Assembly (NCBI GenBank): GCA_036172245.1
Contig: JAYWIR010000035.1
Location: 682,001-746,000 of the forward strand
Direction of reading: 5' to 3'
Length of the DNA: 64,000 nucleotides
Origin: Raillietiella orientalis
Taxonomy: Eukaryota
The stretch's first letter is position 1. Each line of letters opens with the position of its first letter. Position numbers and translations under genes: made by a program. Below are positions 55,610-64,000 of the stretch, in pieces. The notes beneath the pieces are model-generated. The model did no database searches. It saw only the letters and a program-made list of their open reading frames with translations, and was not told where the DNA came from.

Positions 55610-57244
55610 ATGTGTGATCAGAAAGCACTTGTGTTTAAAATTGAAGCACAGTGTCATGCAAGCCAAGCTCGATCGGCATTGTTAAAACTTCCTCATAAAA
55701 CTATAAGAACACCAGTGTTTATGCCAGTGGCTACAAAAGGTTCTTTGAAAGGATTATTACCAAAACAAATTCAGTCTGTTGGTTGTGATTTGATCCTTAG
55801 CAATACTTATCACCTTGGAATACAGCCAGTAAGTGTTGCATGTAGCTTACAAATTTCTATTGAAATTACATGTTGTCAGCAGGGTGCATCACTGCTCTCC
55901 AAGGCTGGAGGGCTGCACAAATTTATGGGTTGGCCAGGAGCTCTTCTTACAGATTCTGGTGGTTTCCAAATGGTATCATTATTGAAATTAATACAAGTTA
56001 GTGAAATAGGGGTGAATTTTTCTTCTCCTTATGATGGTATAGAATTATTTGTAAGAAATGTCATATCTGTTAATAGGCAGTATGTGTCTGTTGAGACCTG
56101 AAGACTCCATAAGCATACAGCATGCTATTGGTGCTGACATAATTATGCAGCTAGATGATGTAGTTCCTGCCTTAACAACTGGACCTAGAGTTAAGGAAGC
56201 CATGGAACGAAGCATACGATGGTGTGATCGTTGTGTTCAAGCCCATTGCCAGACAGAAACACAAAGTTTGTTTCCAATAATCCAAGGTGGTTTAGATTCT
56301 TCTTTGAGAAAACAGTGTATACGCCAGTTGGTTCAGCAAAAGGTTAATGGTTTTGCTATAGGTGGTCTTAGGTGAATATTTGAAATGGTTTTTAATTTTG
56401 AGTAGGAATGGTGTGTTTACTCAAGTAAAGATATGAAAGTTTTCCAGTTCCTGTTGTTGTGGGAGTTTTCAAAAACTTAATGATTTTGGAATAATTCCTG
56501 GATACTTCTTAGCCACAGCTTTTAGTCATATTTTTTTATCTATCTTCAACTCCATATTTGATTTTCTATTAGCATTTCATGTTGAAGCTGAATGAATTGT
56601 GGCCATTACTCTAGAATTATTCCCGAATTTAGTGCATTTCTATTTAGTGGTGGAGAGAAAAAAGATGATTTCTGGAGAATGGTGCATTTAAGTACAACAA
56701 ATCTTCCAGAAGACAAACCAAGATATCTTATGGGTGTAGGTGTACCAGAAGATCTTGTTGTTTGTGTTGCATTGGGAGTAGATATGTTTGATTGTGTTTT
56801 TCCAACAAGAACAGCAGTAAGTATTCCTACAAATAGATTTTTTCAGTATTTGCCTAGAGATTTGGTTGTGCATTGGTTTCAGAAGGACAAATTAACTTAA
56901 GACATAAGAAATATGCTAAAGATTTGAATCCTATTGAAAAAAACTGCATGTGTCCAACATGTACTCAGTTTACAAGAGCATATCTTCATGCAGTAGCTAC
57001 CCAAGAAACTGTTGGTGCCCATCTGCTTTCTCTACATAACATATTTTACCAGGTTAATCATGTTTTTTTATCATTCAAAAATGATTTCGTTGTGCAGATG
57101 AACTTGATGAAAAGGATACAAACAGCTATAGGTAGAGGCCAGTTTCCCCAGTTTGTCTCTGAATACATGAAAAAACGCTTTTTGCAAAAGCCTATTCCTC
57201 AGTGGATCAAAGATGCACTGCAAACAGTCAATATTTCTGTATGA
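55610..57244 (+). CDS. QTRT1: Queuine tRNA-ribosyltransferase catalytic subunit (6 exons)
   Basis: [64 protein letters not shown] and the CxCxxC Zn site. Intron-containing, so this is the eukaryotic gene. Confidence 0.95.
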
Positions 57245-58729
57245 TATAAACAAAAAATAAAACCATGTTCAAGGATATATTAATTGCTGTCAGATAGTTT
57301 ATGCATACCTAATTTGGTAGCTTTTGAATTTTCTTATATATATTGTATTATATTTGTGTACTTAGCTAGTTGGAGTGATGGTTAGTGATTTCCTTATAAT
57401 TAAATTCATTGTGGAAAATTGTTTATCAAAACTTTTTAATTATCTGTTTTGTGAATCTAAATTTGATGTTCACATTGGAATACTCCTTCTCTGAGATTGT
57501 ATGGATAGAATGCTTATAAAGAATATATATATTTTTATATTTTTCAATTTGTGCCAATCATATTGAACTGATTTTTTTCTGCCAACTCTGATTTTTGGAA
57601 GTGTTTCTTTTATTTCCAAAATATTTCATGTGATATTATAAAATAATATTAATCATTCTAGTTGTTTGTAGAAATATACAGAAAGATTACAGTAACTACA
57701 ATTAACATTTAGAATAGGTGGTCGTTAGCATCACCTATTCTTCAAACTGTATTTCTGTAGAGCACAGATTTTGTCAGAATCATCTAGTTTGAATTCACTG
57801 ATTGCATCCAATTATCAAATACAAATGTAAACAATTGGGTTCACTGAAAACAATGTGTGATGCACTTAGCTGGTTCCTAACAGATTTCTTTCTTGTTCAC
57901 CTCCCATATGCATGCACTAAGCTACTAAATCATTAAAATTTTCTTTAAATGTAAGTAGGTGAAGTACCTTGTGTTGGCTTTGCATGTCAACCCCTTACAA
58001 ATGCATATACTTCAGTTACAGAAGCATAAGATTGGGATTATATTTGGAATAGACTACTGGGAAAACTGTCAGTGATATGTGGATTACATAATGAAGAATT
58101 GCATGAATGTAATCAATGTAAGCATATAGCACCAGAGCATTTTGCCAGGATACAAACAGCTAAAGAGATTTCCCGCTTTAAAAACGTATTTGCATCAATA
58201 AATAATAAAATATAATTATAATCTGGGAAGATAGACCTGCCATGCCCTTCTGCTATCATGGCCAACCATGAAAAATTGGTCAACAACAGTAATATAAATG
58301 AGGTAAATAATCCTAGAACAAAATGTGTGCTTGTGCATGCCTCCTATCCACATTCATGGATCAAGGAACATAAAAACAGAGAATCTGCAGATCTCTAAAT
58401 TGCTTCCAATTCTTGTGCTGATGATGCATCAAAGAAAAAAAAACTTGCACAGCTTTTTATTACACATGAGGTTTTTATGTATTTATGCATACTATGTGAA
58501 CAACTGATGCTTGAAACTCTTTGCAAAAAAGTAGTCCTCAATTTCCACATTTTTTGTCTTTTTGCTAATGTATCTGCTACATGCTATGTAACAGGAATCT
58601 CAATTTGGAGAGGAAGAACAAAAGCAAGTACCTTTTCAATCATTAATCAATTATTTGTAATTCATACTATCACAGGTAACTCAAGAGATCACATGCCACT
58701 TTTGTACAATGAATCTAGAAATCAAAAGC

Positions 58730-61700
58730 TTAATTCTCAAAACGGAAACTCAACACCGAGATATCCTGGCATATTTTGATGTCGCTCATTTCTTCAGCTA
58801 ATGCTTGCAAGATGTCCAGAAGCAAAGATCGACTTAACACACGCAACTTTGGCAAACACGCAACCTTTGGAAAAATAATGTTTCAGGAATTAGTAACTTT
58901 ACCTACCTTTGGAAAATAATGCACAATCAAACTAAGGGCATGTTTCTTCATGTCTAGTGCTTGAATGTCTTCTGCAGCTTCCAAGATTTGCAGTACATTT
59001 GTAGAAGTTACGTTTGCCTCAAGATTTTGTTTGCAGAATACTTGAAGGCGATTATTAGTGAATCCATAAAAATATGGAGCAGAGAACAAATACAGGGAGT
59101 CTTCAGGAGGCATGCTAACTTCCCCATAATAGATATAGCGAAGCAACGAATCAAAGGATTGGTGGGATGGAGTTACCTCTCCGATTGTGATCTAAATTCA
59201 CTAGTTATGCTCCAGATATTTCAAAATCTTACATTTACAACACTGTCTTCAGGCATGAATGAGCGAAACATGGCTTCAAAGTAACTGCAACGTGCAGCAA
59301 GAATTGCTTTGTGAGCAGGAATTGCTACACCCTTTAGCATCAGCTGAATATCACAGAAATCTTTTCCTGTGAATAAAAGCCATTGCTTCATGTCATGCAG
59401 CAAATTAGTAGCTACTCCCTCTTGAATGGACTGCAACTGAGGCTCCTTGATTGGCTGCATCTCAGGCATTTGTTTCATACGAATGATTTCCACCATTAAA
59501 GAACGATCCAATGATTCGAATTCCTGACTCATGATAATTTGATTGTAGTTGGTTTCTTTAACAATGAACTTCAAGCAGAATGCTTTCACTGATGTAAGAT
59601 GAAGCTGAGTAGCCCGATGCAATGCTGCCAGAACATTTCTTAAATTGATGTTGGCTTCCAAGTATTGTGTACAGAGCTGCTGCAGGTGATGCATCTCAAA
59701 CCATACTGCCATACTATATACATCGATCAGAGGAAGCACGCCATCCTCACTAGCATGATGTTTGACTGAATAGGCCTTCACAGTCTGTATCAGACTCTAC
59801 TCACTTTCTTTGGATACATCAACTTGGTCAGTGTACATATAACTGAGTACCATTCCAAATGCAGCAGGATTGGCATCCTGTAATCTAACTTCCAACAAGG
59901 GTACTTCTTTAATGGGCACTTGCATGCCACCAAATACTTGTTCAAAGTGACGGTCACGAAATTCTTTGGCTGCTTGGATACGCTTTCGGAGCCAACGTGA
60001 GCGAGCTGCAACAAGGGCAATGTGTGCTTTTCGCCTAGTTTCCTCAGGTCCAAGCAAAAATTCCACATCACAGAACTGTTCACTCTCCAAGAGTCTCTGG
60101 TAATCTTCATGCAATGTGCATTTAGGATAGCTAGATAGCTGAAAACGGTACATCTCTGAGCTGCGTACGTTGTTCTCTACAGTGCCACCAAATATGAACA
60201 TAGCATCATTGACAACTGCTGCAGCATGAAACAAACGGGAAGCAGGAATCTCAGAGTCAGGTACTACTGGAACTGTAGACCAAGTGTGAGAGCTCAGATC
60301 AAAACTGGAAAAAGGTTACAAAAAAATAAACACAACAGCTATGCAGACCATTGCAAGTCATTAGACAGGTTATTATCAGCTGCACCCCCAAATACATATA
60401 AGCATCGATCAAATGCCACCATTGTGTGCCCATAACGTCGTGTAGGTGGAGGAGGAGCATCACGCAAAATGTGCTCAGTACAGATTCGTGTCCAACTAGA
60501 AAGTCCACTTACATAAGGATATTATGTGCGAGTCTTACCAGCAATCATTGAAATGGAATTGGTACAAGCTATTAGCCATTTTTGCACCACTCTGTCCACT
60601 AAATATAAACATGGAATCTCTAGCTACACATACAGGAAAATTACAAATTGTTGGAGGAAGATCTCCCATCTGCTGAACACATTTCCACACTCCTTCTCTG
60701 TAATCACTCTACAAAGTAGACTGGAGTAGTGTATTCCATATTATTATGTACATACAAGTAAAGAGATTACCCACATGTCATTAAGTCGAGTGCTACCATC
60801 ATAACCAGCAAATATCCACAACTTGTTATCATATACAGCAGCTCCATGTGCAGAACGTGCCACTGGAGCTCTAAAAATAACAGACAGGATCTAAACTCAA
60901 ACATGTTACAGGAACCTACTTTCCTTGGAACTTCCACTCAATCCAGTACCCAGAAAGAAATCTATATTCAAATAAATCTCTTTCGTTTCTTAAATTTGAA
61001 TTTGAATAAATATCTCCTGTGTAGCCACCAAACACAAACATAGAATTTTCATGGATCTGATTGGACAAATATTCTTAAGAATATTTCTGCTAAAAGTTGT
61101 AAGTTACAATCTGATAAACACAACTGTTATAGCTGGGTACATCATTTATAAATAACAATATCAATCAGTAATTATATAATAAAAGCAAGTCTGGATAATG
61201 AACCTTCCTTAAAAATCTCAAATAGTCAAATGCAATATTTTGCTATATGCTTGCTTAAATCAATTCCCTTTAAAAACAGTCTTTTAGACATAGAAAGATG
61301 AATCGATTTTTTATAACGGAACACTTGCTTTACAGGAATTTATAAGCAATATGGAGATATGCTCATACCTTTGTCATTTACATTAATTCTCTACATACAA
61401 AGTTACTTACATGTAAAACAAGAGAAATTTCAATTTTTTCAAATATTCATTTCTTCCTAGACCGTGTTTTAAATTGCAAAAACCAACAAAAAATCACTTT
61501 TGTTGGAAAGTTTGACAAGTATGCACTTGTATAGGGTATGTAATCTATGAGATTTAATTTCTATTTTCCAGTTCAAGTCCACATTTGTGGAGGATAATTA
61601 CACATCCAGTGTCACAGTAAATTAAAATTCTAATAATAACATGCATAATCCTAACACAACAAACCTACAGTGAAAAGTATAAGTGCATACACTAGGCATA

Positions 61701-62763
61701 CTACATTGCATGGAATTAAAATGAAATTCATATTTCAAACATAGTCACAGTTAATTCTGGATACATATAATCTGTTCCAATATTATAATTACGTTAATGT
61801 TTTCTAAAACAAGCACTGAGTATAAATTTAAATGAACTACTCCTTCACGTGTATGGAAAGTTATGTCAATGAGACAGAGAAAGTTATGTTACTGAATAAT
61901 GTTATTTTTTTGTTACAACTACGATAATGAATGAAATGAGATAATGAATCAGAATTTTTATACACTATTTTCATAGCTAGTCAGAAGCATTTGTGGAAAA
62001 TATCACAATTACATACTGCCACTGAGATGTGAGTAGTGACTGAGGTTCTCTCTAAAAATGCTACACATGCATTTACAAATAAATTAAATGACCATTATTC
62101 CTATGACCGTAATCCTATGACCATTATTCCCAAAACTTATCTTATCCAATGATAAAATGTATCCTGTGCTACCATAGTACATGCTGAATCAACCTCCTCA
62201 AAACAATTACCTGAAAGTTTAACCAATGTGACCCGAAATTTTAAAACAACGGCTACATAAAGCTAAATTAACGAGTTAATAAAAATACTCACAACAGCAG
62301 AATGATGATACCTTGGAGTTGGAGGTGTACCTAATGCAAAAGCTCTTCCCCAACTCTGTTCCTTGACATCAAACCTTAACAAATCATTAAGCATATTCTT
62401 TCCATTGTCACCTCCAAAAACATAAATTGCTCCTTTGTATGCAACAACGGTATGTTTACTCCTTCTAAAACGATAATCAATACACTTGTCTTCAAATGCT
62501 ATGGATAATTAAGTAAAAATAAATAAATTTTAACTTGTGAATCAGCAACACTATGTTATGGAAGAATAATGAAACAAGAAATCTAATCAAAAACTGGTTT
62601 TGACTGAATGAGTTTCAAATGATTACTTGGCTCCAACAAATTCATCACATTCAGGCATTTTTTTCCATCTATGTATGGTTTCCAGTGGCCCAAGATCTAA
62701 TGTAAGAAATTCTGCTCCTTCATTATTGGAAAAATCAAAATCGCTACCTAATGCTTGAGCCAT
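58730..62763 (-). CDS. LZTR1: Leucine-zipper-like transcriptional regulator 1 (Kelch-BTB-BACK-BTB), 10 coding exons
   Basis: [26 protein letters not shown], Kelch repeats, [37 protein letters not shown]. Exons 62763-62627, 62464-62293, 61056-60920, 60870-60771, 60720-60539, 60495-60349, 60304-59805, 59765-59233, 59191-58907, 58864-58730. Confidence 0.95.
62089..62131. repeat. Short tandem repeat (~15 bp x3) in LZTR1 intron 2
   Basis: TGACCATTATTCCTA / TGACCGTAATCCTA / TGACCATTATTCCC. Confidence 0.7.
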
Positions 62764-64000
62764 ATAACGAAATGCAACTACAAAATAAAGAAACAGCTTT
62801 CAAGTCAAGAAAATCACCAGATATTTACCTTACATCCAGGTGTAATGTTTTGTTTTAGACTCTTTCTGACATATGATTGCCGTAATTTCTGGAGAACGGC
62901 GTCAACGTTTGTTTGCTTGTCTGTTTCATTTACTGTAATATAAAGATTTATTTATTCCAGTCATAATGCATATCAACACTACGATTGTGTTGATTCTATG
63001 TACCTAACGAATTACCAATCCTGGTAGGTTTGTGCTTGCGCAAAATCAAAACCGACTTCCATATGGGCACTTCCTTGGAATTTTTTCACTTCCAGTAAGG
63101 TTATGTATATTACATCTATCTATATTCTATCTCTACGTTCTTACTTCGATTATTCGGTTAGCATAGGATACATAAAAGCTTCACTTCAAGCTTTTAAAAG
63201 AAGTGAAAAATGATTCAGTATTTTTGAAGTGAAAGTATTTTACGAAGCCGTGGACTACGGAAATTCTTTTTCCTAGGTTTTCATTTTCCATTTCTGGATG
63301 GATTAGACATTACTAATGGGTACACGTTGTTGCTGCTAGTAAGAGTATGTTGGTTGTGTGCAATTATCTCGCTATTCGGGTGATATTCTCACATCCACCA
63401 CAGCTAATAATTCTAATTCACTTTTGGTAGAGGTTGGATTAATGATCAGATACTGAAACGGCATTGAATTCAGTAAAAGTCCGTAAGTTTTCTTATAGCT
63501 GTAAAGGCGACTTGAAAGTTAAGCATATTCACACAATTGAAATCTGTTTTCAAAAGAAGTCATTTTTAATTCGTATAATTTGGAATAAAATGAGCGATCT
63601 GTTATAGTTACTCGTCTCACAATTCTAAGCTGAGTTCTTAGGCCCATCTGAAGATTCAATAAATGTTTCCGATTCCATATCAGGATAATTATAAAAAGTG
63701 AAAATGCATTTCTAGTTAATTCGACACCATTAATTGCACGACTGACTTTTTACGTGCAATTTGGAATCTTCAAACAAGCTTCAAGTACGTGCTTTTGCTG
63801 TCGATATATTTATTGCAATTAAAGGAACGTGCCTTTGCTGAATTTTGTTTTTTTTAAAAAAGGAGAATTTATAAAACATACTGCCCATGATTAATGGTAA
63901 TGAAAACAGAGGAACGTGAATTAAGATATGGGGACTAAAAAAGAAAAAAAAATCTCCTGAAAATACTGAATTACATATTATTTACATTTTCTGCCGTTTC

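Noticed and set aside
54465..57244. Bacterial mrp-tgt operon or horizontal transfer
   Set aside because: Both genes have multiple GT-AG introns and eukaryotic NUBPL/QTRT1 signatures.
1..64000. tRNA, rRNA or CRISPR arrays
   Set aside because: No cloverleaf, rRNA motif or repeat-spacer periodicity seen by eye.

Overview
Compact, AT-rich animal (invertebrate, probably arthropod-like; inferred) genomic DNA with very short spliceosomal introns, mostly about 37-57 nt. Recognisable genes in order: ARL6IP4 (-), a decayed ~2.9 kb hAT-type DNA transposon with TIRs, a long, GC/CpG-richer class I myosin gene (+, ~11.8-28.5 kb, with one GC-AG intron), and then two tightly packed housekeeping clusters: FBXO42(+)/UCHL5(+)/HS2ST(-), then FAIM(-), then DOLPP1(+)/PSMB7(-), NUBPL(+)/QTRT1(+) and LZTR1(-). 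The most notable unexplained structure is that every intron over ~100 nt that I inspected closely appears to fold into nested stem-loops, and in several the G-U pairs work only on the transcribed strand. This suggests RNA-level selection to compact long introns in a genome tuned to ~45-nt introns, or intron-hosted ncRNAs. Also seen: stop codons overlapping poly(A) signals in convergent gene pairs 9-11 nt apart, operon-like spacing of two tandem pairs with 3' splice-acceptor-like sites just before the downstream ATG, and a U1-like anti-5'-splice-site inverted repeat upstream of HS2ST. All pairings were read by eye; no folding software or database search was run.
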